A stretch of 64,000 nucleotides of DNA from Spirochaetia bacterium (lineage in GTDB: Bacteria; Spirochaetota; Spirochaetia; SZUA-6; Bin103). A program made the translations under genes and the position numbers. This document shows, piece after piece, positions 30,326-40,358 of this stretch. The DNA lies in assembly GCA_965208575.1 (NCBI GenBank), contig CBDBOV010000006.1, positions 1,376,001 to 1,440,000 on the forward strand, in the 5' to 3' direction. The stretch's first letter is position 1. Every line of letters begins with the position of its first letter. Under the pieces are notes generated by a model. That model was given only the letters and a program-made list of their open reading frames with translations. It did no database searches and was not told the DNA's origin.

Positions 30326-31596
30326 GCTGGAACGATCCGGTGGCCGGAGCGGCCAACGCGGCCGGAGCGGCCAACGCAGACAGCGCGGCTGAAATCAGCA
30401 CCCGCAAGGAGCACCATCTCGACATCTGCCTCGACGACGAGCGCTATCCCGACCCGGCGGCCGGCGGCACCAGCCTCGATCAGGTGCGGCTGGTGCACCG
30501 CGCGCTGCCGGAGCTGGACTACGGCGCCATCGACACCTCCCAGCCGTTCCTGCGTGCGCGGCTGCGGCTGCCGTTGTTGATCTCCTGCATGACCGGCGGC
30601 TCGGGGCGCGGGCGCAGCGCCAACCGCTCCCTGGCCGAGGCGGCGCAGCGCGCCGGCGTCGCCGTGGGGGTGGGGTCGATCCGCCCGTTGCTGCGCGACC
30701 CGGACACCTTCGCCGACTTCCACGTCAAGCCGCACGCGCCCGACGTGCCGGTGCTGGCCAACCTGGGTGCCGTACAGCTCCGCGACCTCGGCGCCGCCGC
30801 GCTGCGCCCGCTGCTGGAGCGCCTGGAGGTGCAGGCGCTGGTGATCCACCTGAACGCCGGGCAGGAGCTGTTTCAGCCGGGCGGCGACCGCGACTTCCGC
30901 GGCCTGCTGGAGGCGATCGCCGGCGCCGTGACGGGCTGCGGGGCGCCGGTGCTGGTCAAGGAGACCGGGTTCGGCATCGGCCCGGCGGAGATCCGCCTGT
31001 TGCTGGGTTACGGGGTGCGCTACGTGGACGTGGCCGGCTCGGGAGGTACCAACTGGATCGCGGTGGAGGGGGAACGGCTGGCCGCGCCGGAGCGGCACAG
31101 CGCGCGGGCGTTCGCCGACTGGGGGCTGCCGACGGGCGTCCTGCTGGCCGCCCTCGGCGCCGACGAGGCGGGCCGCGTGATCGCCTCCGGCGGCCTGCGC
31201 CACGGCGTGCACCTGGCCAAGGCGGTGGCGCTCGGCGCCGGCCTCGGCGCCATGGCGCTGCCGTTCATCCGCGCCGTCATGGCCGGCGGCAGCGAGGGCG
31301 CACTGGCCCTGATCGGGCGCATCGAACACGAGCTGCGCACCGCCATGACGCTGTGCGGCGCCCCGACGCTGGCCGCCCTGCGCCGCGCGCCGGTGATGCA
31401 GTCGGCATACTTTCGCCACCAGGTGGCCGAACTGCGTCGAGCCGCCTTGTCGGCGCCCGTCCCGGCGGTGGCGTCCACGCCGCGATCCGTACCCGGCCCG
31501 GAAGCGGCGCTCGGTACCGGTGGAATGTCCCGACCCGACGCGTCAGGGACGTCGAACGAGCCACCGCCGCCGGCGAGGACGATTGCCGGTGGCTGA
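30322..31596 (+). CDS. fni: Type 2 isopentenyl-diphosphate isomerase
   Basis: RKEHHL, HRALPE, MTGG, HLNAGQE, KETGFG, GSGGTNW and ASGGLR motifs; GTG start overlaps the mvaS stop. Confidence 0.92.
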   Translation: MSWNDPVAGAANAAGAANADSAAEISTRKEHHLDICLDDERYPDPAAGGTSLDQVRLVHRALPELDYGAIDTSQPFLRARLRLPLLISCMTGGSGRGRSANRSLAEAAQRAGVAVGVGSIRPLLRDPDTFADFHVKPHAPDVPVLANLGAVQLRDLGAAALRPLLERLEVQALVIHLNAGQELFQPGGDRDFRGLLEAIAGAVTGCGAPVLVKETGFGIGPAEIRLLLGYGVRYVDVAGSGGTNWIAVEGERLAAPERHSARAFADWGLPTGVLLAALGADEAGRVIASGGLRHGVHLAKAVALGAGLGAMALPFIRAVMAGGSEGALALIGRIEHELRTAMTLCGAPTLAALRRAPVMQSAYFRHQVAELRRAALSAPVPAVASTPRSVPGPEAALGTGGMSRPDASGTSNEPPPPARTIAGG

Positions 31597-31739
31597 GCCG
31601 GTGCTTTGCCGCCGCCCCGCGCCGGCGCCGCGGGAGGCGTCCGCTTCGGCGGCGGAGCCGGCGAGCGGAAGCGTGTCCACTCCGGACGCTCCGGCGGCGC
31701 CGCGAGGCGGGGACGGGCCGTGCGCGGCCGGGGGCGTAC

Positions 31740-32903
31740 ATGGCTGAGTTGGCGCTTCGTTACGGGGCCAATCCGCACCAGGCGGGCGCCCGGGTCGCGG
31801 CGGCCGGCGAGTTGCCGTTTACCGTGCTCGGGGGCGCGCCCGGCTACATCAACTTGCTCGATGCCCTGAACTCGTGGCAACTGGTGCGCGAGGCGCGCGC
31901 CGCCACCGGGGTGCCGGCGGCAACCTCGTTCAAGCACGTCAGCCCGGCGGGGGCCGCGCTCGGGCTGCCGCTGACCGACGCCGAGCGGCGGGTGTTCGCG
32001 GCCGCGCCGGGCGAGCTGTCGGCGCCCGCCGCCGCCTACGCGCGCGCCCGCGGCGCCGACCGCATGAGTTCCTACGGCGACTGGGTGGCGGTAAGCGACC
32101 GGGTGGACCTGGCTACCGCCCGGCTCCTGAAGCGGGAGACCTCGGACGGCATCATCGCCCCGGGCTACGACTCCGACGCGCTGGCGGTGCTGCGCGCCAA
32201 GAAGGGCGGCGGCTACCGCGTGCTGGCGGTCGATCCCGACTATCGTGCTCCCGCAACCGAGCGGCGCGAAGTGTTCGGGGTGACCCTGGAACAGCCGCGC
32301 AACGATATCGCGATCGACCGCGGGCTGCTGGCCAATGTGCCCACGGCCGCGCGCGAGATTCCGCCGCCGGCGGCGCGCGACATGCTGCTCGCGCTGATCG
32401 CCCTGAAGTACACCCAGTCCAACTCGGTGTGCATCGCGTTCCGCGGCCAGACCATCGGCATCGGCGCGGGACAGCAGTCGCGTATCCACTGCACCCAGCT
32501 CGCCGTCGACAAGGCGTGCGCCTGGTACCTGCGGTTTCACCCGGTGCTGCGCGAGGTGCGCTTTCGCCCCGGCACGCGCCGCCACGACCGCGACACCTGG
32601 CTGACCCAGTACGTGGGCGGGGTGCAGGTTACCGACGATGCCTGGCTGCGCGCGCAGGTGGAGGAGATGCCGCCGCCGCTGACCGAGGAGCACCGGCGCG
32701 AGTGGCTGGCCGGGTTGGACGGCGCGGTGCTCGCCTCGGACGGCTTCTTCCCGCACCGCGACAGCATCGACGTGGCGCGACGCTGCGGCGTGCGTTACAT
32801 TGTGCAGCCGGGCGGATCGCTGCGCGACGGCGACGTGATCGGGGCCTGCGACGAGCACGGGCTGGTGATGGCAATGACCGGCCTGCGCCTGTTTCACCAC
32901 TGA
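31740..32903 (+). CDS. purH: AICAR transformylase (short PurH lacking the IMP cyclohydrolase domain)
   Basis: LRYGANPHQ, SFKHVSPAG, KYTQSNSV, GAGQQSRIHC, SDGFFP and LRLFHH motifs. Confidence 0.9.
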   Translation: MAELALRYGANPHQAGARVAAAGELPFTVLGGAPGYINLLDALNSWQLVREARAATGVPAATSFKHVSPAGAALGLPLTDAERRVFAAAPGELSAPAAAYARARGADRMSSYGDWVAVSDRVDLATARLLKRETSDGIIAPGYDSDALAVLRAKKGGGYRVLAVDPDYRAPATERREVFGVTLEQPRNDIAIDRGLLANVPTAAREIPPPAARDMLLALIALKYTQSNSVCIAFRGQTIGIGAGQQSRIHCTQLAVDKACAWYLRFHPVLREVRFRPGTRRHDRDTWLTQYVGGVQVTDDAWLRAQVEEMPPPLTEEHRREWLAGLDGAVLASDGFFPHRDSIDVARRCGVRYIVQPGGSLRDGDVIGACDEHGLVMAMTGLRLFHH

Positions 32904-32932
32904 GCGTCACCGCCGGCGAGGAGGGGAAAGCA

Positions 32933-34930
32933 ATGGGCAACAGCAATGGCACGAGAGGCAGCAACGGGATGGTTCCGGTTGCGAGCCTGGATGAAGTACG
33001 CCGGCGCGGCGTGGTGGTGACGCAGGCGGGCGACCGTCCGGTGGCGGTGTTCGCGGACGGCGCCCAGATCCACGCGGTGGACAACCGCTGCCCGCACATG
33101 GGATTTCCGCTCGACCGCGGCAGCGTCAAGGACGGCATCCTGACCTGCCACTGGCACGAGGCGCGCTTCGAACTGGCGAGCGGCTGCACCTTCGACCTGT
33201 GGGCCGACGACGCCATCTCCTACCCCACCGAGGTGCGCGGCGGCAAGGTGTGGGTGGCCAGCAGCCCGCGCAGCGTGCGCGATGCCGCCTACCACCGGCT
33301 GCGCCTGCGGCGCGGCATGGAGATGGGGGTCGGTCTGGTGCAAGCCAAGAGCCTGATCAGCCTGCTCGGTGGTGACGGCGGCCTGCTGCCGATCGTGGCG
33401 AGCGTGGTGGACTACGCCGCGGCCAACGTGACCAGCTTCGGCGAAGGCATGGTGCGGCTCACCTGCGTGGCGCGCCTGGCGCCCTGGCTGAGCGACGAGA
33501 CGCTGTACCTGGGGATGAGCTACGCGGTTCGCCAACTGGCCGCCGAGGCGAACGACGGCACCGCGCGCCGTCCGCGCGATCCGCTTGCCGCGCCGGCCCC
33601 CAACGCGGCCCTGAAGGGGTGGCTCCGGCAGTGGGTGCTGACCCGCCACCGCGACGCCGTCGAGCGCACGCTGCTCGCCGGCGTGGCCAACGGCATGCCG
33701 GCGGCGGAGCTGGCCGACCTGCTGTACGGCGCCGCGGCGGACCGGCTGTACGCCAACACCGGACACCTGTTCGACGCCTGCAACAAGGCGCTGGAGCTCA
33801 CCGACCTGCTCGACGGGTCCGCGCCCGACGACCTGCTGGCCCTGCTGGCCCCGTCGCTGGCCGACGCACGCGGCGAGGAGGAGAACACCCCCTGGCACCA
33901 CCCGGTGGAGATCGCCGCCGCCGTGCGCGCCGCCGAACAACGCCTGCCCGCGTTGCTCGCCAACGGCGGAGCCACCCCGACCGGCGTGAGCGCAGGCACG
34001 ACGGCCCGGTCCGGCGCGGACGGCGGCGCCGGGAACGACGGTGCGCCTTCCGCCGATGCCGCCGGCGCGCCGGCCGCCAGCACCCCCGCCGACGGCGCGC
34101 CCGATCGTCCCCACGGCCCGGCTGCCGCGGCGACCGCTACCGTCGCGGACCGCGCGGCCGCCTCTCCTGGTGCGCCGGTATTGCTTGACGAGGCTGCCGA
34201 AGACGCCCTGGTGGAGCGGATTCTCGGCGACGATCCCGAGGCCATCATCGCCGCGGTGGAGGCGGCGCTCGCCGGCGGTGCGGCACCCGCGGCGGTGGCG
34301 GCGGCGATCACCCGCGCCGCCGGCCTGCGGCTGGCGCGGTTCGCCACCTCCAACGAGGTCAGCGACTGGTTCAACCCGCAGCATACGTTCATCTTCTGCA
34401 ACGCCGTGCAGCGCGCCCTGCTGCGCACCGGCGGCCCCGACGTGGTGCGGGCGCTGTACCAGGCCGCCATCGCCGTCTACATGGACCGCTACCTGAACGT
34501 GCCGGCCGCCAAGCTGCCGGCCGAGCGCGGCACCGCCCGCCCGGCCGTGGACGACGCGGCGGCGGGCGGCCTGCTCGACGAGTTGCTCGGCGCGCTCGAC
34601 AACCGCGCCGAGGTGGAGCGCGCCGCCGACCTGACCAGCAGCTACCTGAGCACGCCGGCGGCCGACTGGGACGCCCACCTGGGCCGCCTGGTGGACCGGC
34701 TCGCCTATGCCACGCTGCGCGAGGACCTGGACTTCCACACCCTGCAGGTGCTGGAGGCGGCCGCCACGCAGCTCGCGGCGCGCGGCAACGACCGCGGCGC
34801 CGAGCAGATCATGGTCGGCGTGGCGCGCAACCTCGCCGCGCACTGCCCGACGCAGCGCGCCGGCTACCAGACCGCGGTGATCGCCCGCCGCCTGCAGCAC
34901 GGCGAGGAGCTGTTCGCGGAAGACGCATGA
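32933..34930 (+). CDS. Rieske [2Fe-2S] protein with a large helical C-terminal region
   Basis: NRCPHMGFPL and LTCHWHEARF Rieske ligands. Confidence 0.88.
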   Translation: MGNSNGTRGSNGMVPVASLDEVRRRGVVVTQAGDRPVAVFADGAQIHAVDNRCPHMGFPLDRGSVKDGILTCHWHEARFELASGCTFDLWADDAISYPTEVRGGKVWVASSPRSVRDAAYHRLRLRRGMEMGVGLVQAKSLISLLGGDGGLLPIVASVVDYAAANVTSFGEGMVRLTCVARLAPWLSDETLYLGMSYAVRQLAAEANDGTARRPRDPLAAPAPNAALKGWLRQWVLTRHRDAVERTLLAGVANGMPAAELADLLYGAAADRLYANTGHLFDACNKALELTDLLDGSAPDDLLALLAPSLADARGEEENTPWHHPVEIAAAVRAAEQRLPALLANGGATPTGVSAGTTARSGADGGAGNDGAPSADAAGAPAASTPADGAPDRPHGPAAAATATVADRAAASPGAPVLLDEAAEDALVERILGDDPEAIIAAVEAALAGGAAPAAVAAAITRAAGLRLARFATSNEVSDWFNPQHTFIFCNAVQRALLRTGGPDVVRALYQAAIAVYMDRYLNVPAAKLPAERGTARPAVDDAAAGGLLDELLGALDNRAEVERAADLTSSYLSTPAADWDAHLGRLVDRLAYATLREDLDFHTLQVLEAAATQLAARGNDRGAEQIMVGVARNLAAHCPTQRAGYQTAVIARRLQHGEELFAEDA

Positions 34931-35895
34931 CGCGGTACGCGCCGGCCGCGGCCAGCCGCCGCCCGGCAGCGCCGGAGTTGGAGGCGATTCTCGGGCAGCC
35001 GCTGCCGGTGCTCGACGACGGCTACGTGCGGGTGGTGGACTACATGGGCTGCGACGCCGCCATCGTGCAGGCGGCGCGCGTCTCCTACGGCGCCGGCACG
35101 AAGCGGGTCAGCGAGGACCGCACCCTGATCCGCTACCTGCTGCGGCACCGCCACACCACCCCGTTCGAGATGTGCGAGATCAAGCTGCACGTGCGCGTGC
35201 CGATGGACTGCTGGCGGCAGTGGATCCGCCACCGCACCGCCAACGTCAACGAGTACTCGACCCGCTACTCGGTGGCGATCGACGCCGCCAGCCGCACCGC
35301 CGCCGACCAGTGGCGCCTGCAGGCGGCCGCCAACCGGCAGGGCTCCGAGGGGCGCGTCGACGCGGCGGCCGGCGCCCGGCTGTCCGCCGCCGAAGCCGCC
35401 CTGCAAGAGCGGGCGCGCGCGGTCTACCAGGAGCGCCTGGACGCCGGCGTGGCGCGCGAGCAGGCGCGCAAGGACCTGCCGCTGTCCACCTACACCGAGG
35501 CGTACTGGAAGATCGACCTGCACAACCTGCTGCACTTCCTGGGCCTGCGCGCCGACAGCCACGCCCAGGAGGAGATCCGCGCCTACGCCACCCTGATCGG
35601 CGAGCAGGTGGTGAGCCGCTGGGTGCCGCTCGCCTGGGAGGCGTACCTCGACTACCGCGCCGGCGGCCTGCTGCTGACCCGCGCCGAGCGCGAGATCGCG
35701 GCCTGCCTGAACGCCGGCCGCCGCCAGGAGGCGCTGCAGATCGCCGGGCAGGCGGGCTGGCTGCGCCGCCGCGCCGACCCGCCGCCCGGCGCGACGGGAG
35801 CCGCGCTCCTGCGCCGCAACCGCGAGCGCGCCGAGGCGGAGGCCAAGCTCGCCGCCCTGGGCCTCACCGCGCCCTGGCTCACCGAAGGAAGCTGA
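34927..35895 (+). CDS. thyX: FAD-dependent thymidylate synthase
   Basis: AARVSY, HTTPFE, QWIRHR..NEYSTRY, AREQARKDLP and HAQEEIR motifs. Confidence 0.95.
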   Translation: MTRYAPAAASRRPAAPELEAILGQPLPVLDDGYVRVVDYMGCDAAIVQAARVSYGAGTKRVSEDRTLIRYLLRHRHTTPFEMCEIKLHVRVPMDCWRQWIRHRTANVNEYSTRYSVAIDAASRTAADQWRLQAAANRQGSEGRVDAAAGARLSAAEAALQERARAVYQERLDAGVAREQARKDLPLSTYTEAYWKIDLHNLLHFLGLRADSHAQEEIRAYATLIGEQVVSRWVPLAWEAYLDYRAGGLLLTRAEREIAACLNAGRRQEALQIAGQAGWLRRRADPPPGATGAALLRRNRERAEAEAKLAALGLTAPWLTEGS

Positions 35896-36026
35896 CCGGC
35901 GCCTCGCAGCCCGTGGCACAGCCCCGGCTGCCGTCCGACGCGCGGCGGCACGATCGGGATGAACGGTTCATGAACGACCGCACGGACAAGTGGAACTGCC
36001 GCGGGGCCGGCGATACGTTTTCCGTC

Positions 36027-36734
36027 ATGGCTGTCGTCACGCTCACCGACGTACGCAAGATCTATCCGCTCGGCAAGACGGAGGTGCACGCCGTCAACGG
36101 CGTGAGCTTCGAGATCGATGAGGGGGACTTCGTCTCCATCGCCGGGCCGTCCGGGTCCGGCAAGACCACGATCCTGAACATGATCGGCTGCATCGACACC
36201 CCCACGTCGGGGACCGTGCGCGTCATGGAAACCGATACTGCCGGCCTGACCGACCGCGCGGTGACCGACCTCCGCCACCAGGTGCTGGGCTTCATCTTCC
36301 AGTCGTTCAACCTGATCCCGGTGCTCGACGTGACCGAGAACGTGGAGTTCCCGCTGCTGATCGGCCAGGCACGGGTGCCGAAGGCGCAACGGGCCGACTG
36401 GGTCCGCTACCTGATCGACGCCGTGGGGCTGGACGAGCACCGCGACCACCGTCCCGCCGAGCTGTCCGGCGGCCAGCGCCAGCGGGTGGCGATTGCCCGC
36501 GCCCTGGCCAACAAGCCGCGCATCGTGCTGGCCGACGAGCCGACCGCCAACCTCGACTCGGAGACCAGCGAGCAGATCATCGAGCTGATGAAGCGCATGA
36601 ACGCGGAGCTCGGCACGACGTTCATCTTCTCCACCCACAAGCCGGCGATCGTCGAGATTGCCGACCACGTCATCCGTCTGCGCGACGGAGTGATCACCGC
36701 GGATTTCAGGACGGAAGCGGAGCCGGCGGCGTGA
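36027..36734 (+). CDS. ABC ATP-binding protein (LolD/MacB-like)
   Basis: GPSGSGKTT, FIFQSFNL, LSGGQRQR and ADEPTANLD motifs. Confidence 0.93.
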   Translation: MAVVTLTDVRKIYPLGKTEVHAVNGVSFEIDEGDFVSIAGPSGSGKTTILNMIGCIDTPTSGTVRVMETDTAGLTDRAVTDLRHQVLGFIFQSFNLIPVLDVTENVEFPLLIGQARVPKAQRADWVRYLIDAVGLDEHRDHRPAELSGGQRQRVAIARALANKPRIVLADEPTANLDSETSEQIIELMKRMNAELGTTFIFSTHKPAIVEIADHVIRLRDGVITADFRTEAEPAA

Positions 36735-38203
36735 GCGTCGTCTGGCGCATCGCGGTCCGCAACCTGCAGGAACACCGCGCCAAGAGCCTGATCGTCGGCA
36801 CGATCATCCTCATCGGCACCTTCGTACTGGTGGTGGGCAACTCGCTGATGGACTCGGCGGCGGCCGGCATCCGGCGGTCGTTCATCGACAACTTCACCGG
36901 CCACCTGGTGCTGGCCGGGGTCGCCGACGCGCCGGTCAGCCTGTTCGGCGTCCGCAGCACCGACTTCCTTAACAACCGCACGCCTCGCCTGGACGGCTAC
37001 GAGCAGCTCCTGCAGGCGGTCGCCGACCACCCGGACGTAACCGCCTGGAGCCCGCAGGCGAGCGACGCCGCCACCGTGAACCTGGCGGGAGAGGACGGGT
37101 CGTCGCTCGGGGAGTCGTTCACGCAGCTCTGGGGCATCGAGCCGGCGCGCTACCGGGAGGCGTTCCCGGATGCGGCCGAGTTGATCGCGGGCTCGTTCCT
37201 GCAACCTGACCAGGTGGGGCTGGTCCTGTCGGAGGAGGTCGCCACCGATCTCGGCGAGTCGGCCGAACGGGAGATCCGCCCCGGCGACCGCCTGCTGCTG
37301 ACCGCCACCACGGACGCCGGCATCAAGGTGCGCGAGGTGCCGGTCACCGGCATCTTCCGGTTCCGCAACGCCCTGCCGCAGCTCGACTTCGTGTCGTTGG
37401 TGGACATCACGACGCTGCGCACGCTGACCGGCATGACCGTGTCGGCACCGGCGGAGCAGATCCTGACCGAGGCGCAGGTCGCGCAGCTCGGCTCCGTGGA
37501 CGAGGACGACCTGTTCGGCGGCGCGGACTCGGGCAGCCTGGTGCAGGAGGTCTCCACCGGCACCGGCGCGCCGGTGCTGCTGGACCTGGGCGGACGCGAG
37601 GAGACCGTGGTCGACTCCGGCGCCTGGCACTTCCTGCTGCTCAAGCTGCGCCGTCCGGGGGCGGCCGAGCGCGTGACCGGCGACCTGGAACGGATCATCG
37701 GCGACGGCGACCTCAACGCGCAGGTGCTGGACTGGCGCGATGCCGGCGCGCCGGTGTCGCAGCTCTCCGACGGGTTCAAGATCGTCTTCAACGTGGTAAT
37801 CATCGTCATCGCCGTGGTCGCCGTGATCATCATCATGAACACGCTGGTGATCTCGGTGACCGAACGCATGAGCGAGATCGGCACCATGCGCGCGATCGGC
37901 GCGCGCAAGGGGTTCGTGCGACGCATGATCGGCGCGGAGACGGTCACGGTGGCATTCGTGTTCGGCGCTGCCGGCGTCCTGCTCGGGCTGATGCTGCTGT
38001 TCATCCTGGGCGCTACCGGGATCCCCGCCTCCAACCTGTTCCTGCGCATCCTGTTCGGAGGCGAGGTGCTCAGGCCCGAAGTCTCGCCCGGCTCGGTGGC
38101 GTTCTCGCTGGTCATGGTCGCGGCGATCGCCGTGGTCTCCAGCCTGTATCCGCTGGCGGTCGCGCTGCGCATCTCGCCGCGGCAGGCGATGGGCGTCGAG
38201 TGA
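36731..38203 (+). CDS. FtsX/LolC-E-like ABC permease
   Basis: IAVRNL N-terminus, large periplasmic loop and ERMSEIGTMRAIG. Confidence 0.9.
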   Translation: MSVVWRIAVRNLQEHRAKSLIVGTIILIGTFVLVVGNSLMDSAAAGIRRSFIDNFTGHLVLAGVADAPVSLFGVRSTDFLNNRTPRLDGYEQLLQAVADHPDVTAWSPQASDAATVNLAGEDGSSLGESFTQLWGIEPARYREAFPDAAELIAGSFLQPDQVGLVLSEEVATDLGESAEREIRPGDRLLLTATTDAGIKVREVPVTGIFRFRNALPQLDFVSLVDITTLRTLTGMTVSAPAEQILTEAQVAQLGSVDEDDLFGGADSGSLVQEVSTGTGAPVLLDLGGREETVVDSGAWHFLLLKLRRPGAAERVTGDLERIIGDGDLNAQVLDWRDAGAPVSQLSDGFKIVFNVVIIVIAVVAVIIIMNTLVISVTERMSEIGTMRAIGARKGFVRRMIGAETVTVAFVFGAAGVLLGLMLLFILGATGIPASNLFLRILFGGEVLRPEVSPGSVAFSLVMVAAIAVVSSLYPLAVALRISPRQAMGVE

Positions 38204-39543
38204 TGCGCAGCCTGCTCCGCATCGCCTTCCGCAACACCGGCCGCCAGAAGAAGCGCACCCTGCTGCTGGCCGGCGCGATCGCGTTCGGCGTGGTGGTGGT
38301 GACCCTGCTCAACGGGTTCACCGGCGGCGCGTCGCGCAACATCGAACGGGTGCTCACCGACCTGATCGGCGGCCACGTCTACGTCAGCGGCACCGAGCTC
38401 ACCGACTCGCGGCTGATCATCAACGTCATCCGCGACTGGGAGGGCGGAGACTCGTCGCTCGCTGACGTGGTCGGCGAGGTGGAGGGGCAGATCGCCGACC
38501 TGAACCGGCGCAGCCGGACGCTCGGGACGCTGATCTTCGGCTCCAAGCAGACCAACCAGTTCCTCGACGGCGTGGACTGGCACGGCGAGGCGAGCTTTTT
38601 TCCCAGCCTGTCGCTGACGGCGGGATCGCTGCCGGGTCCGGACGACCGCAACGCGCTGATCCTGCCGGAGGCAGCGGCCGAGCGGCTGCGCGTCGAGGTC
38701 GGCGACCAGGTCCTGGTGCGCGTCGCCACGGTCACCGGCCAGCAGAACGTCGGCGAGCTGGTGCTGGCAGCCACCATCGAGGACTCCGGGATCACGGCCT
38801 TCTCCTCGGCCTTCGTCCGCCTGGACTACATGGGCGAGCTGATCGGCACCGGCGCCGGCGAGTTCCAGGTCCTGAATCTGTACCTGCGTGACCCCCGGCA
38901 GTCAGGCCGCGTGGCCGAGGTGTTGCGCGCGCGGCTGCCGACCGCTCCGGAAGACGAACAGGAAGAGGTGAGCGGACAGCCGCCGGGGACGCCGGGGGCG
39001 CTTGGCGCCGGCGTCAAGCGGTTGGCCGACGACGAGGAGCCGTGGGAGGGCACGCGCTTCGAGATCACGACCCTGGACGACATCCTGGATCAGGTCTCGG
39101 ACCTGTTCGGGGTGCTCGACATCGTCAGCCTGGTGGTGTTCCTGATCCTGCTGACGATCACCATGGTCGGGGTCGTGAACACGTTCCGGATGGTGCTGCT
39201 GGAGCGCATCCGGGAGATCGGCACCATGCGCGCGGTCGGCATGCAGGGCCGCTCGGTGCGCGGCATCTTCCTCATGGAGGCCGGCTTCATCGGCCTGATC
39301 GGCGCGCTCATCGGGCTGGTGCTGGCCGGCATCGCCATGCTGGTCCTGGGCCAGCTCACCCTGGACACCGACTCGCCGCTGCAGTTCTTTCTGAACGACG
39401 GCCGGATCACCTTCGCGGTGCCGCCCCTGTCGGTGGTCACCAACGTGGCGATCCTGCTGGCCCTGAGCCTGCTTGCCGCCTTCATTCCCGCGCGCCGCGC
39501 GGCCCGCATGGAGCCGGCGGCGGCGCTGCGCAGCTCGGCATGA
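38200..39543 (+). CDS. FtsX/LolC-E-like ABC permease
   Basis: IAFRN, ERIREIGTMRAVG and PARRAARMEP motifs. Confidence 0.9.
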   Translation: MMRSLLRIAFRNTGRQKKRTLLLAGAIAFGVVVVTLLNGFTGGASRNIERVLTDLIGGHVYVSGTELTDSRLIINVIRDWEGGDSSLADVVGEVEGQIADLNRRSRTLGTLIFGSKQTNQFLDGVDWHGEASFFPSLSLTAGSLPGPDDRNALILPEAAAERLRVEVGDQVLVRVATVTGQQNVGELVLAATIEDSGITAFSSAFVRLDYMGELIGTGAGEFQVLNLYLRDPRQSGRVAEVLRARLPTAPEDEQEEVSGQPPGTPGALGAGVKRLADDEEPWEGTRFEITTLDDILDQVSDLFGVLDIVSLVVFLILLTITMVGVVNTFRMVLLERIREIGTMRAVGMQGRSVRGIFLMEAGFIGLIGALIGLVLAGIAMLVLGQLTLDTDSPLQFFLNDGRITFAVPPLSVVTNVAILLALSLLAAFIPARRAARMEPAAALRSSA

Positions 39544-39596
39544 GCGGCGCAGGACGATTCCGTGCGAACGACCGACTTCTCTGGAGAAAAGACACC

Positions 39597-40358
39597 ATGA
39601 CCATCCGACGTTTCGCGATAGCGTTCCTGTTCGCTGCCGGACTGCTCACCGGCCCCGGCCTGTGGGCCGCCGACGTCGACGTGCCGTCGCTGCTTGACGA
39701 GATCGACCGGCAGCGCACGTTCGGCGACCAGGATTTCACGGCGGTCATGACGATGATCTCCGAAGATCCCGAGGACGGCGTCGAGCGCCTGGTCGTGCAG
39801 CAGTTCCGGCGGGACGCTGACGACGCGTTCCTGATCCTGTTCCGCGACCCGGCGGTCCAGCGCGGCCAGGGCTACCTGCGCCAGGGGGACAACCTGTGGT
39901 TCTACGATCCGGAGAGCCGCAAGTTCTCGCACACGTCGCTGAAGGAGGCGTTTCAGGGCACCGACGCGCGCAACTCCGACTTCGGCGAGGTCAGCTTCTC
40001 CGAGGATTACGCCGTGCGCGAGATCGACGAGGGTACGCTGGGCAAGTACGCGGTGTACGTGCTGGACCTGCAGGCGACCAGCGACGAGGTGACCTATCCG
40101 TTCCTGAAGGCGTGGGTCACGCGCGAGGGCAGCCTGGTGCTCAAGACCGAGGACTACAGCCTGACCGAGCGGCTGATGCGCACCTCCTACTATCCGCGCT
40201 ACGCCCGCGTCGGTGATTCGGTGGTGCCGACCGAGATGATCTTCGTCGACGAGCTGGTCGAGGGCAAGAAGACCCGGATCAGCATGAGCGACCTGTCCGA
40301 CGCGGCGATCCCGGACTCGGTGTTTACCAAGGCCTACGTCGAGCGGGCCAACCGGTGA
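39597..40358 (+). CDS. Outer-membrane lipoprotein-sorting (LolA-like) protein
   Basis: Signal peptide; F..PA..RGQGYL..DNLWFYDP, FQGTD..SDF and IPDSVFT motifs. Confidence 0.8.
   Translation: MTIRRFAIAFLFAAGLLTGPGLWAADVDVPSLLDEIDRQRTFGDQDFTAVMTMISEDPEDGVERLVVQQFRRDADDAFLILFRDPAVQRGQGYLRQGDNLWFYDPESRKFSHTSLKEAFQGTDARNSDFGEVSFSEDYAVREIDEGTLGKYAVYVLDLQATSDEVTYPFLKAWVTREGSLVLKTEDYSLTERLMRTSYYPRYARVGDSVVPTEMIFVDELVEGKKTRISMSDLSDAAIPDSVFTKAYVERANR

Noticed and set aside
30343-30377. 18-bp tandem duplication at the fni N-terminus and Ala/Pro-rich inserts in the Rieske protein and helicase
   Set aside because: In-frame low-complexity linkers with no evidence of a special function.
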